Assembly: GCA_963766365.1 (NCBI GenBank)
Contig: CAVXZK010000010.1
Coordinates: 5,783 to 69,782 of the forward strand
Direction: 5' to 3'
Source: an uncultured beta proteobacterium
Lineage (GTDB): Bacteria > Pseudomonadota > Gammaproteobacteria > Burkholderiales > Burkholderiaceae_F
DNA length: 64,000 nt
A program made the translations under genes and the position numbers. Shown here piece after piece: positions 50,374 through 60,681 of this stretch; positions within the stretch are counted from its first letter, which is position 1, and each line of letters opens with the position of its first letter. Under the pieces are notes generated by a model, which did no database searches, was not told the origin of the DNA, and worked only from the letters and a program-made list of their open reading frames with translations.

Positions 50374-52620
50374 ATGAACAACGAAGCTCCACGATCCGGC
50401 AAGCGGGCTGAAGAACCGCAGGATGGCACCGGCTCGGCGCCCCGCGCTGACCTCGTGCTGCTGGTCGACGACGATCCGGTCGCACGCCTGCTGACTGCGT
50501 CCGCGCTGGCGGAGCGCAACTGGCGCGTGATTGAAGCCGACGGTGGCGCGGCGGCGCTCGAGCTGTTTGCCGACAACCAGCCGGACGTCGTCGTGCTCGA
50601 CGCGCTGATGCCGGAAGTCGACGGTTTCATCACCTGCGAACGCCTGCGGCGGCTCACCGGTGGCGAGCATGTGCCGATCCTGATGCTGACCGGGCTCGAT
50701 GACGAAACGTCGATCGCGCGCGCCTACGAGGCCGGCGCCACTGACTTCTTCGTCAAGAGCACCACGCAATGGACGCTGCTGTCCGAGCGGCTGCGCTACA
50801 TGATCCGTGCCTCGCGCATGCGCGAGGAACTGGCGGAAAGCCGCGCCAAGCTCTCCAAGGCGCAACGCATCGCGCGCCTCGGCAGCTGGGAATGGGACAT
50901 CGCCGGGCGCTGGGTCAGGCTGTCGGAGGAATGCTTCGCGATCGCCGGGCTGCCGTCGCAGGAGGACGGGCTCGCCGACTGGTTCGTATGGTCGCGCGTC
51001 GTCGAGGATGAACGCGCCCGCATCGAAATGATGTTCCGCGAGGCGCTGGCGGGCAACGGCCAGATGAACTTCGAGTGCCGCATCGCCCGTCCGACCGGGC
51101 AGGTGCGCGTGGTTCAGATCGAAGGCGAGGTCGATCGCGACGAAGCCGGCCGGGCCAAGGCGGTGCACGGCGTGATCCAGGACATCACCGAGCGCAAGCA
51201 GGCCGAGGACCAGATCCGGCAGCTGGCGAACTACGACAGCCTGACCGGCCTGCCCAACCGCCGCTTCTTCCGCGACCAGTTCCAGGCCGCACTCGAGCGC
51301 GCCCGCACCAGCGGTTCTGCGGTGGGTGTGCTCTTCATCGATCTCGACCGGTTCAAGCAGATCAACGACACGCTGGGACACCAGGTCGGCGACCAGCTGC
51401 TGCGCGAAGTTGCCAAGCGCCTGCATCAGTGCGTTCGCGAGAACGATACGGTCGCCCGCGGGGCCGAGGCCACGGGCGCGCTGCGCAACGGGCGCCCGCC
51501 CAGCATCGGTTCGGCAACGCGCAACCTCGCGGCGGGCTCGCATATCGCTCCGGTGATCGGCAGCCGACGTCGAACAGCGTTGCGCGACTTGGCGGTGACG
51601 AGTTCGACGATCCTGCTCTCGGACCTGGCGGAGCCCAGCGCCATCGAGGCGGTGGCGCAGCGACTGATCGAGACGATGCGACGCCCGTTTGCGTTCTCCG
51701 GCCACGAGCTGTTCGTGACGGCGTCGATGGAAGTCGCCCACCTATCCGGTCGACGGCGGCGTGTGTCGACACGCTGCTGCGCAAGGCCGACATTGCGATG
51801 TATGCGGTCAAGGACAGCGGCCGCAACGGCATCATGCGGTTCTCGAACGCGATGAACACCGCGACCGCCGAGCGCTGGCGCCTGGAGACGGCATTGCACC
51901 GCGCTCTCGAACGCGAGGAACTGGTGATGTACTACCAGCCGAAGGTAAACGTCATCGACGGGACGATCGTCGGTGCCGAGGCACTGATGCGCTGGAAGCG
52001 GGGCGGCGAACTCGTGCCGCCCGGCGAGTTCATCACGGTGGCCGAGGAGTCGGGTCTCATCGTGCCGATCACCGAGTGGGCGGTGCGCGAGGTATGCAAG
52101 CAGATGGTGTCGTGGGCGGAAGAGGGCATGCCGCCGACGCCGGTGTCGATCAACATCTCCGGCCGGCACATACAGCGTGCCAACCTGGTCGAGCCGGTGC
52201 AGGCGGCGCTGGCGGGTTTTCGCCTCGACGCACGCCTGCTGGAGCTCGAGCTCACCGAGACCGTGCTGATGCAGAACCTGGGCCACGCATTGCCGCTGCT
52301 GCAGGCGCTGAAGGACCTCGGCGTGGCGATATCGGTGGACGACTTCGGCACCGGGTACTCATCGCTCTCCTACCTGAAGAAGCTGCCGATCGATACGCTG
52401 AAGATCGACCGCTCGTTCGTGCGCGAACTCGAAACGAGTGGCGACAACGCCGCGATCGTCGCGGCGATCATCGCGATGAGCAAGAGCCTGAAGCTGCGCG
52501 TTGTCGCGGAAGGCGTGGAAACCCAGGGGCAGATGACACGGGCTATTCGACCAGGGCTGCCAGCTGATGCAGGGATTCCTGTTTCGCCCGCCGTTCCGGG
52601 CTCGGACTTCCATGCACTGA
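50374..52620 (+). pseudogene. REC-PAS-GGDEF-EAL c-di-GMP turnover protein with about 6 frame breaks
   Basis: Start at MNNEAPRSGK... Contains the receiver ..LLVDDDPV..VVLDALMPE.., a PAS domain, and the GGDEF start ..YDSLTGLPNRR... The active-site peptide NSVARLGGDEF is in another frame (track ORF 51075-52880). TILLSDL.. returns to the first frame and YPVDGG is in the third. The EAL part is ..ELVMYYQPKV..EALMRW..DDFGTGYSSLSYL..KIDRSF... The 3' end is ambiguous (stop at 52620 in one frame, 52880 in another). Confidence 0.75.
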
Positions 52621-52987
52621 TCCGCAGCAGCGTCGGGCGCCCGCATTGGCGCGTGAACTTCGGCCCGCGGCGCGGCGTCACCGGCCCGGCGATGCCGGTC
52701 GACGAGCACTCGAACGGCCGGCACCACGGCAAGATCACCAACGACTTTGTCGGTCCGCCGCGACCGGCGGCTGAAGCCAGCGAAACGCTGAAGCCGGTGA
52801 ACGAAGGCGGCGAGAACGGCGGCGGGCAGCGCGATCGAGCGCTCAAGTGGGCGACGCGTTTCATCGGGCGCGACGGATAACGTGGGTCGCTACGCGGGCT
52901 TCTTCTGCGCAGAACCGCGCCGTCAGCGTCGGTCGTGAAACGACGACGAATAATCCCGCGCAGCGGCGAACGAAGCGGCCGCGCCGG

Positions 52988-53629
52988 CTATTCCACCAAC
53001 CCGTGCTTGATCGCGTAATGCGTCAGCTCGGCGTTGTTCGACATCCCCATTTTTTCGAGGATGCGGGCGCGGTAGACGCTGACAGTCTTCGGACTCAACG
53101 CCAGTTCCTCGGCGATGTCGGAGAGGCGCTTGCCCGACGCCATTAGTTTCAGCGTCTGGAACTCCCGGTCCGAGAGCTTTTCGTGCGGCGCGACCGCCTC
53201 TTCCGGCGCATTGAGGTTCTCGATCAGCGCCTGTGCGATCTCCGGTGTCACGTACTTCTTGCCGGCGATGACCATCGACAGGGCCTCGAGCAGCTTGTCC
53301 GGCGCGCTGCCCTTGTTGAGATAGCCGAACGCCCCTGCCTTGAACGCGCGTACCGCGTACTGGTCCTCGGGATACATGCTGACCATCAGCACCTTCAGGC
53401 GCGGGTACTCCTCGCGCAGCGACTTCAGGATTTCGATGCCGTTCTTGCCCGGGAGGCCGACGTCCATGACGAGCACATCAGGCTCGCCGTGCTTCTTCAG
53501 TTCGGCACGCAGCTGGCCGTAGTCCGATGCCTCGGCCACGATCTGCGCGTCGGGATGCTCGGAGAGCACCTGTACGATGCCGCGACGCACGATCGCGTGG
53601 TCGTCAACGACGATGAGCCTAACCGGCAT
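52988..53629 (-). CDS. NarL/FixJ-family response regulator (REC + LuxR HTH)
   Basis: MPVRLIVVDDHAIVRRG..VLVMDVGLPG.. and ..LSDREFQTLKLMASGKRLSDIAEELALSPKTVSVYRARILEKMG.. Confidence 0.92.
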   Translation of the reverse strand: MPVRLIVVDDHAIVRRGIVQVLSEHPDAQIVAEASDYGQLRAELKKHGEPDVLVMDVGLPGKNGIEILKSLREEYPRLKVLMVSMYPEDQYAVRAFKAGAFGYLNKGSAPDKLLEALSMVIAGKKYVTPEIAQALIENLNAPEEAVAPHEKLSDREFQTLKLMASGKRLSDIAEELALSPKTVSVYRARILEKMGMSNNAELTHYAIKHGLVE

Positions 53630-54887
53630 CGGAGCCTCCCTCGAGCATGGCGGCGGTGCGCGAACGCGCGGCCGCCTGCGGCGGAATCGAGAACATCACG
53701 GTGGTGCCGCGGCCCGGGGATGACGAGATCTCGGCCCAGCCATCGAGCCCGCGGGCCCGCTCCAGCAGCCCCCGCACGCCGAATCCCGGCGTAACAGCGA
53801 GACTGTCCGGCTCGAAGCCGGCGCCATCGTCGGCGATCTCCAGCGTCACCTCATCCTCGAGTGCGAACAGCTGCACGTGCACCGAGTGTGCGCCCGCGTG
53901 CTTGCGCACGTTCGTCAGCGCTTCCTGGGCCACCCGGTACAGCGCCGCGGCGCGGTCGGGTGCGATCTCGAACTCGTCACGATTGCTGCGGAAGTCGATT
54001 GGCAACCCGGTGCGCTCGCCGAAGCCGCGAGTCAGCCACTCGAGTGCAGCGACCAGGCCGGCATCAAGCACCGCCGGGCGCAGCGCGTGCTGGATGCGAT
54101 GCGTCGCCACGACCGCGGACTCGAGCAACTGCTGGATCGCCTGCAGCCGCTCGCGGTGCTGTTCAGTGCCGACTTCACGCGCCAGGCGAACCACCTCGAA
54201 CTTCAGTGCAGTCAGCGCGCCGCCGACATCGTCGTGGATCTCCTGGGCGATCGCGCGGCGCTCCTCTTCCTTGGCGCGCTCCAGGTGCTGAGTCAGCGCG
54301 TGCAACTTCCGCTCGCTTTCGACCAGCGCATCGGCGGCGTTGCGCGCCTCGCGCCGCGTGCGCGCCGCCGCGAGGCTGTGCTGCAGGGCCGCTGCCACGC
54401 GGAACATGCGTGTCTTCAGCACGAAGTCGTCGGCGCCGGCGTGCAGCGATGCCACGGCCAGCTCCTCCGACATCTCGCCGGACAGCACGATGACCGGGAT
54501 ATCCGGATCGACAGACTTGGCCACCTTCAGCGAAGCGAAGGAGTCGAAGCGCGGCAGGTTGTGGTCGGTGATGACGGCATCGATCGGACCCTGCGCGAAC
54601 GCATCGCGCATGCCGGCTTCATCCTCGGCACGCACAGCGCGCGGCCGCATGCCTTCGCGCATCAGCATGGCAAGCAGCAGTTCGTAGTCGAGTTCGGAAT
54701 CCTCGACGACGATCAGGCGCGGGGCATTGGGGTCGGACGCAGTCACGGCGGTCGCGATTGTGGCGGAATGCAGGTTCAAGTGCTGGACGCTACGCGTCGT
54801 TCGGCGCGCCCGCTGGGCAAAAAAGAGTGGTGTTCCGGCATCGGCGCCGTGCACCCTTGAAACCGCACCAAGGAGCCTAAAATGCAA
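53619..54887 (-). CDS. soluble receiver-kinase: N-terminal REC fused to HisKA_3/HATPase (NarX-type) kinase core
   Basis: ..RLIVVEDSELDY..AVITDHNLP.. is the receiver, followed by ..EEERRAIAQEIHDDVGGALTALK.. (HisKA_3 H-box) and the ATPase. No TM or sensor domain. A GTG at 54746 is a plausible shorter start. The 3' end overlaps the NarL-type regulator gene by 11 nt. Confidence 0.85.
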   Translation of the reverse strand: MHFRLLGAVSRVHGADAGTPLFFAQRARRTTRSVQHLNLHSATIATAVTASDPNAPRLIVVEDSELDYELLLAMLMREGMRPRAVRAEDEAGMRDAFAQGPIDAVITDHNLPRFDSFASLKVAKSVDPDIPVIVLSGEMSEELAVASLHAGADDFVLKTRMFRVAAALQHSLAAARTRREARNAADALVESERKLHALTQHLERAKEEERRAIAQEIHDDVGGALTALKFEVVRLAREVGTEQHRERLQAIQQLLESAVVATHRIQHALRPAVLDAGLVAALEWLTRGFGERTGLPIDFRSNRDEFEIAPDRAAALYRVAQEALTNVRKHAGAHSVHVQLFALEDEVTLEIADDGAGFEPDSLAVTPGFGVRGLLERARGLDGWAEISSSPGRGTTVMFSIPPQAAARSRTAAMLEGGSDAG

Positions 54888-54890
54888 TCA

Positions 54891-55200
54891 GCAAAGTCCG
54901 CCGGGCGATCGCGGTGGCCTAACGGTCATCGAGGAAAGTCCGGACTCCGTAGAGCAACGTAGCAGGTAACGCCTGCCCACCGCGAGGTGAGGATCAGAGC
55001 AACAGAGACGAGCCGATTCAGTTCGGGTGAAACGGGCAATCTCTACGCGGAGCAACACCAAATAGGCGGCCGATGATCCTGCTCGGGGAGGTCGCGGGTA
55101 GGTGGCTAGAGCCGGCGGGTGATCGCCGGCCCAGAGGAATGATCGCTGCGGCGCCTGCAAGGGCATCGAACAGAATCCGGCTTACAGGCGGACTTTGCCT
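54891..55200 (+). ncRNA. rnpB: RNase P RNA (bacterial type A)
   Basis: Has the universal GAGGAAAGTCCGG (54931-54943) and the 3' ACAGAATCCGGCTTAC box. P1 pairs caaagtccgcc (54892-) with ggcggactttg (55187-55197). Confidence 0.85.
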
Positions 55201-55266
55201 TCTTGTCTCCGACCGATGCTTCCGGGCCGGCGATTGATTGGAGCTATCGCCCGGCGCTGGCTCGCG

Positions 55267-55305
55267 GGCCCACAACGTTGCATGCTGGGTGGGCCGATAG
55301 TTTTT
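55267..55305 (+). terminator. possible terminator downstream of rnpB
   Basis: The ggcccac / gtgggcc stem (55267-55295) is followed 5 nt later by TTTTT. The long loop and the gap make it weak. Confidence 0.3.
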
Positions 55306-55510
55306 CTTAAGGACCGCCCCGGTTCCTGAGGACGCGACTTCCGCCTGCGGACCCTACGTGACGGTTCGAGCGTCGAAGGCGCAGCGCATTTGAGGTTTCA
55401 CTTTCAGACCGTGCGCTAACCCATTCAATTCCCTCGATATTTCTTTGCCAATTTGCCTGAAGGACCGCGCCTAAGTCCTTGTTGTCATTGGAAATTCCGC
55501 CGTATTTCGC

Positions 55511-55585
55511 TTGACCTTCGGAATTGCGGTGAGATACAGTGGCACCCCGTGTGAAATAGTGGGAGACAGTGGGTTAGTTAGTGTT
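55511..55585 (+). promoter_or_regulatory. candidate Pmra promoter plus phased MraZ-box direct repeats
   Basis: TTGACC (55511-55516), an 18-nt spacer, then TACAGT (55535-55540). Then GTGGC, GTGTG, GTGGG and GTGGG start at 55539, 55549, 55559 and 55569, an exact 10-nt phasing. This resembles the TGGGN direct repeats bound by MraZ in E. coli. Confidence 0.5.
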
Positions 55586-55632
55586 CGCTTCGAATTTAGG
55601 CGAAGCACCAGCTACCTCCTTGTCACGTCGAC

Positions 55633-56061
55633 GTGTTCCAGGGCGCATCACAACTGACGCTGGATGGCAAAGGCCGGATTTCGATGCCGGCGCGCCATCG
55701 CGATGCACTCGCCAGTAGCTGTGAAGGCCGTCTGACGTTGACGCGCCATCCTGATGGCTGCGTGCTGGTCTATCCGCGTCCGACCTGGGAAGCGCGGCGC
55801 CAGCAAATCGCGCAGCTGCCGTACTCGGCCCGCTCGCTGCAACGCCTGCTGCTAGGCAGCGCGGTCGATGTCGAGCTCGACAGTGCCGGACGCGTACTGG
55901 TCAGTGGCGAATTGCGAACGGCAGCCGGGCTGGAGCGCGACGTCATGCTGCTCGGCATGGGTGCGCACTTCGAACTTTGGGACGCGTCGCGACTGGCCGA
56001 GCACGAGCGCCAGTCACTGGCTGATGGCCTCCCCGATTCCGCCGCGGACTTCACGTTTTGA
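55633..56061 (+). CDS. mraZ: division/cell wall cluster transcriptional regulator MraZ
   Basis: 142 aa (GTG start), MFQGASQLTLDGKGRISMPARHRDAL.. with two SpoVT/AbrB-like repeats. Confidence 0.95.
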   Translation: MFQGASQLTLDGKGRISMPARHRDALASSCEGRLTLTRHPDGCVLVYPRPTWEARRQQIAQLPYSARSLQRLLLGSAVDVELDSAGRVLVSGELRTAAGLERDVMLLGMGAHFELWDASRLAEHERQSLADGLPDSAADFTF

Positions 56062-56067
56062 CGGTGC

Positions 56068-57054
56068 ATGACGCCGTCGCCAACGCCCGACGCCCGCGGG
56101 CATCGAACTGTCCTTGCCGAGCAGGCGGTCGATGCGCTGGTCACGGACTCGCAAGGCATCTACGTGGATGCGACCTTCGGGCGTGGAGGCCATTCGCGAC
56201 TGATCCTGCAGCGGCTTGCGCCCACGGGGCGGCTCATTGCGCTCGACCGGGACCCTGCGGCGGTGGCTTCCGCGGCCGCGATCTCCGACCCTCGATTTCA
56301 CATCGAGCACACCGCTTTTTCACGCATGGGTGCGACGCTGGCAGCGCTGGGGATCCCTCAGGTGCAGGGCGTGTTGCTGGACATCGGCGTGTCTTCGCCG
56401 CAGATCGACGCGGCGGAGCGGGGCTTTTCGTGGCGGGCCGACGGCCCGCTCGACATGCGCATGGACACGACGCAGGGCGAGACGGCAGCGCAGTGGCTGG
56501 CGCACACATCCATCGATGAACTCACTGGAGTAATCCGCAACTATGGGGAAGAACGGTTTGCTTCATCGATTGCAAAGGCGATTGTGGCTCGCCGCGAGGC
56601 TGGGCGGCCGGTTGCAACCACCCGCGACCTTGCCTCGGTCGTGGCAGACGCGATTCCCCGCAAGAGCCGCGCGGACGGGGCACAGCATCCGGCCACGCGG
56701 ACATTTCAGGCTGTACGGATTCACGTCAATCAAGAGCTTGCGGAATTGGCGCTAGTGCTCGAGCAGTCGGCGCGGGTCCTGCGGGAGGGCGGACGGCTGG
56801 TCGTGATCAGCTTCCACTCCCTCGAGGACCGCATCGTCAAGCAGTTCATCGAGGCGCACGCGCATCCCGAGCGCGCCGACCAGGGCGCGCGCGGGCTGCC
56901 GCTGCGCGCGGACCAGTTGCCTGCGCCGCGCCTCAGGTCGCTGGCACGCGCGCGCGCGGGCGACGCTGAAGTCGCCGCCAACCCACGCGCGCGATCCGCG
57001 GTGATGCGCGTGGCCGAGCGTACGGCGGCACCGTGGCCGGAGCGGCCCGCATGA
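56068..57054 (+). CDS. rsmH: 16S rRNA (cytosine1402-N4)-methyltransferase RsmH
   Basis: ..[48 protein letters not shown].. Confidence 0.95.
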   Translation: MTPSPTPDARGHRTVLAEQAVDALVTDSQGIYVDATFGRGGHSRLILQRLAPTGRLIALDRDPAAVASAAAISDPRFHIEHTAFSRMGATLAALGIPQVQGVLLDIGVSSPQIDAAERGFSWRADGPLDMRMDTTQGETAAQWLAHTSIDELTGVIRNYGEERFASSIAKAIVARREAGRPVATTRDLASVVADAIPRKSRADGAQHPATRTFQAVRIHVNQELAELALVLEQSARVLREGGRLVVISFHSLEDRIVKQFIEAHAHPERADQGARGLPLRADQLPAPRLRSLARARAGDAEVAANPRARSAVMRVAERTAAPWPERPA

Positions 57055-57359
57055 TCCGCCGCGGTGCAGTCCTGCTTGCGGCGCTGCTGCTCTTCGCGTC
57101 CGCGCTCGGTCTCGTCACCGCGCAGCACCGCACGCGCTCGCTCTTCATCGATCTCGAGCGCGCGCAGCAGGAGACCAAGCAGCTCGACGTCGACTACGAG
57201 CGCCTGAAAATCGAGCTGGCCCGGCTGTCGCAGCCGGCCGCGGTCGAACGTGCGGCACAGCGGCTCGGATTCCGCGCGCCCGGCGCCAGTCAGACCGTGT
57301 ACCTGAACCTGCCGGAAGCGAGCGCTGCGGCTCCGGTCGCGCCGGGAGTGCGCAAATGA
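57051..57359 (+). CDS. ftsL: cell division protein FtsL
   Basis: Start at [41 protein letters not shown].. (TM helix plus coiled coil). ATGA overlap with the rsmH stop. Confidence 0.85.
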   Translation: MIRRGAVLLAALLLFASALGLVTAQHRTRSLFIDLERAQQETKQLDVDYERLKIELARLSQPAAVERAAQRLGFRAPGASQTVYLNLPEASAAAPVAPGVRK

Positions 57360-59149
57360 AAACCGGGGCGCGCAGTTCCGCGGCGGGAAGCGGTAGGCGG
57401 TCGGACGCCACGAGCGCGCGCCGCGAACGCCTTGCGTCGGGCGCCCATCCGTTGCTGAACGTGGCCCTCCCGGCGTGGCGTTCCAAGCTGATGCTCTTCC
57501 TGCTGTTCGTCGGTTTCGTGGCGCTCGGGGGTCGCGCGTTCTTCCTGATGGGCGGGGTCACGACGGAGTTCCTGCAGCGCCAGGGCGAGGCCCGTTATGC
57601 ACGAACGCTGGAGATCCCCGCAACGCGTGGACGCATCACCGATCGCAATGGCGTAGTGCTGGCGTCGTCGGTGCCGGCGCGGGCCGTCTGGGCGATTCCA
57701 GAGGACGTCACGGCGACTCCGGCACAGGTCGCCGAGCTGGCGCGCCTGCTCGACATGAGTGCGGGCGAACTGAAGCGGCGGCTCGACAACGAGGATCGCA
57801 GCTTCGTCTATCTGCGGCGACAGGTGGACATGCAGGTGGCGGACCGTATCAGCGCGCTGAAGATTGCCGGTATTCACTCGAGTCGCGAGTTCAAGCGCCA
57901 CTATCCGGAAGGCCCCACCAGCGCGCACATTGTGGGCTTCACCAATGTCGAAGACCGCGGGCAGGAGGGCATCGAGCTCGCTCACGAGCGCCGGCTGGCC
58001 GGGCGTTCCGGGAGTCGCCGCGTCATCAAGGACCGGCTGGGACGCGTCGTCGAGGACGACTGGCTGCGCGAGCCGGTCGATGGCCAGGACCTCGCGCTCT
58101 CGATCGACAGTCGGGTGCAGTACATCGCCTACTCGGCTCTGAAGAACGCGATCGACAAGCATCAGGCGAAGGCGGGCGCGGCGATCGTTCTCGATGTGCG
58201 GACCGGCGAGGTGCTCGCGCTGGTCAATTCGCCGACATTCGATCCGAATGCGCGCGGCCGGCTGTCGGGTGACGCGATCCGCAACCGTGTACTGACCGAC
58301 ACGTTCGAGCCGGGCTCGACGATGAAGCCCTTTGCGATCGCTGCGGCGCTCGAACAGGGCAAGGTGCGTCCGGACTCGCGCATCCAGACCGCGCCGGGCC
58401 GGCTGACGATTGGCGACCGCACGATCGGTGACGCGCATCCGCATGGCGTGCTGACGGTCGAGGAAGTGGTCGCCAAGTCGAGCAATGTCGGAACCGCGAA
58501 GATTGCGCTCGAGTTGCCGGCCCAGACGCTGTGGGAAAGCTACACCGCGCTGGGATTTGGGCAGGCGCCACGCATGGGTTTCCCTGGCGCGGTGGCCGGC
58601 CGGCTGCGCCCTGCGAAGACCTGGCGGCCGATCGAGCAGGCGACGATCTCCTACGGTCACGGTGTATCGGTGTCGCTGGTGCAACTGGCGCGCGCGTATT
58701 CCGCACTGGCCCGCGACGGGGAACTGGTACCGCTGAGCCTGATGAAGGTCGAGGAGGCGCCGGCCGCCGTGCGCGTGTTCTCGGCGCAAACCGCCATCGC
58801 CATGCGCAAGATGCTGGAGATGGCGGTCGGGGACAACGGTACGGCGCCCGCGGCGCGCATCGCCGGATACCGCGTAGCCGGCAAGACCGGCACGGCACAG
58901 AAACTCAGGAACGGCCAGTACGTCAAGGAGTATGTCGCGTCGTTTGCGGGCTTCGCTCCCGTCTCGGATCCGCGCCTGGTGATCGCCGTGATGATCGACG
59001 AGCCTGGCGGTGGCGCGTACTACGGCGGGCAGGTGGCCGCACCGGTCTTCGCGCAGATAGCTGGCGCCTCATTGCGCGCACTGCAGGTCGCGCCCGACGG
59101 TCCGCTCGAAGCGCCAAAGCAGTTGCTGGCGCTGAGGCAGGGACGATGA
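57356..59149 (+). CDS. ftsI: peptidoglycan D,D-transpeptidase FtsI (PBP3)
   Basis: 597 aa with motifs ..STMKPF.. (SxxK), ..SSN.. and ..KTGT... Confidence 0.95.
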   Translation: MKTGARSSAAGSGRRSDATSARRERLASGAHPLLNVALPAWRSKLMLFLLFVGFVALGGRAFFLMGGVTTEFLQRQGEARYARTLEIPATRGRITDRNGVVLASSVPARAVWAIPEDVTATPAQVAELARLLDMSAGELKRRLDNEDRSFVYLRRQVDMQVADRISALKIAGIHSSREFKRHYPEGPTSAHIVGFTNVEDRGQEGIELAHERRLAGRSGSRRVIKDRLGRVVEDDWLREPVDGQDLALSIDSRVQYIAYSALKNAIDKHQAKAGAAIVLDVRTGEVLALVNSPTFDPNARGRLSGDAIRNRVLTDTFEPGSTMKPFAIAAALEQGKVRPDSRIQTAPGRLTIGDRTIGDAHPHGVLTVEEVVAKSSNVGTAKIALELPAQTLWESYTALGFGQAPRMGFPGAVAGRLRPAKTWRPIEQATISYGHGVSVSLVQLARAYSALARDGELVPLSLMKVEEAPAAVRVFSAQTAIAMRKMLEMAVGDNGTAPAARIAGYRVAGKTGTAQKLRNGQYVKEYVASFAGFAPVSDPRLVIAVMIDEPGGGAYYGGQVAAPVFAQIAGASLRALQVAPDGPLEAPKQLLALRQGR

Positions 59150-60681
59150 GTGCGGCGGCGGTGCAGGGCACCGCTTTGTCCGGATCGCGAGAGGCGCTCG
59201 CGTGGTTGCAGCGGACCTCCGGGTCGGGGTCGAGCGCGAAGCGGGACCTGCGGCTCGACAGCCGAGCGGTGCGCGCCGGGGATGTCTTCATTGCCGTGGC
59301 CGGCGAGACGACCGACGGACGGCGCTACCTCGGCGATGCGGTCGCCCGCGGTGCCGCGGCCGCCCTCGTGGACGCCGAAGGCTGGAGCGGTGGGGACTTT
59401 GCGGTGCCGGTAGTCGCGGTGCGCGGGCTGCGCGATGAGCTGGGCACGCTGGCGGCCGAGTACTACGGCCGCCCGAGCGACCGTCTGGTTTCGGTCGGCG
59501 TGACCGGCACGAACGGCAAGACCTCCTGCAGCCAGTGGATCGCGCAACTGCTGACTCGCGAGGGGTGGCGCTGCGCCGTTGTCGGCACGGTCGGCATCGG
59601 GTTCCCGGGCTCGCTGCAGGCGAGCGACCTGACGACGCCGGACCCGGTGTCGCTGCAGCGAGAACTGCGTCACCTGCTGGACGCCGGCGCGCAGGCGGTG
59701 GCGATGGAAGTCTCGTCGATCGGTCTCGCGCAGCGACGCGTCGACGGCATGCGATTCGAGGTGGCGCTTTTCACCAACCTGACCCGCGATCACCTTGACG
59801 TACACGGCACCATGGAGGGCTACGAGGCCGCCAAGGCGATGCTGTTCGACTGGCCCGGGCTGAGCCACGCCGTCATCAACCTGGACGATGCGGCCGGGCA
59901 GCGCATGGCCGGGCGGGCGCTGGCGCGAGGTGTCGATGTGATCGGCTACAGCGCGCAAGGCAACATGACGGCGCGACCCGTGGCTCCGCGCCTGATCGCC
60001 GAGGACATCCGCGCCACCGCCCACGGCCTGGCCTTCGAACTGCTGATCGACAAACGGCGCTTCGGCACCGAGGTGTCGCTGGTCGGACACTTCAACGTGG
60101 CCAACCTGCTTGGCGTAGTCGGAAGCTCGATCGCATGCGGCATCGCGCCCGAGACGGCCGTCGCCGCGCTGCCGGGGCTGGTACCGCCGCCCGGGCGCAT
60201 GCAGCGCGTGCCCTCGTCGACGCAGCCGCTGGTGATCATCGACTACGCGCACACGCCGGATGCGCTGGCGCAGGCGCTGGCCGCGGTACGACCCGTCGCG
60301 TGGGCGCGCGGCGGCAAACTCTGGGCGGTCTTCGGCGCCGGAGGCGACCGCGATCCGGGCAAGCGCGCACCGATGGGGGCCGCCGCCGCGGCCGCGGCCG
60401 ATGTCGTGCTCGTCACCAGTGACAACCCGCGCACCGAGGATCCGCACAGGATCATCGAGGACATAGTGCGCGGAACTGCACAAGCGCACCGCGTGTTGAT
60501 CGAGCCGGATCGTGCGCAGGCGATCGAGACGGCCGTCGTGCAGTCGGAAGCGGCCGACGTCGTGCTGATCGCCGGCAAGGGGCACGAGGACTACCAGATC
60601 ATCGGCACCGAGAAGCGGCCGTTCTCCGATCTCGAGCAGGCGCAGCGCGCGGTGCAGCGTCGTGCGGAGGGCCCGGCGTGA
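59146..60681 (+). CDS. murE: UDP-N-acetylmuramoyl-L-alanyl-D-glutamate--2,6-diaminopimelate ligase MurE
   Basis: Start at MSAAAVQGTAL.. (ATGA overlap with the ftsI stop). ..GVTGTNGKTS.. P-loop and ..DNPR.. DAP-specific motif. The track ORF from 58531 is over-extended. Confidence 0.95.
   Translation: MSAAAVQGTALSGSREALAWLQRTSGSGSSAKRDLRLDSRAVRAGDVFIAVAGETTDGRRYLGDAVARGAAAALVDAEGWSGGDFAVPVVAVRGLRDELGTLAAEYYGRPSDRLVSVGVTGTNGKTSCSQWIAQLLTREGWRCAVVGTVGIGFPGSLQASDLTTPDPVSLQRELRHLLDAGAQAVAMEVSSIGLAQRRVDGMRFEVALFTNLTRDHLDVHGTMEGYEAAKAMLFDWPGLSHAVINLDDAAGQRMAGRALARGVDVIGYSAQGNMTARPVAPRLIAEDIRATAHGLAFELLIDKRRFGTEVSLVGHFNVANLLGVVGSSIACGIAPETAVAALPGLVPPPGRMQRVPSSTQPLVIIDYAHTPDALAQALAAVRPVAWARGGKLWAVFGAGGDRDPGKRAPMGAAAAAAADVVLVTSDNPRTEDPHRIIEDIVRGTAQAHRVLIEPDRAQAIETAVVQSEAADVVLIAGKGHEDYQIIGTEKRPFSDLEQAQRAVQRRAEGPA

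Noticed and set aside
52621-52880. About 95-codon C-terminal tail of track ORF 51075-52880 beyond the EAL domain
   Set aside because: The translation (..SSVGRPHWRVNFGPRRGVTG..) has no domain character and follows at least two local frame breaks. The true stop cannot be fixed without re-sequencing, so the feature was ended at the frame-1 stop (52620) with the ambiguity flagged.
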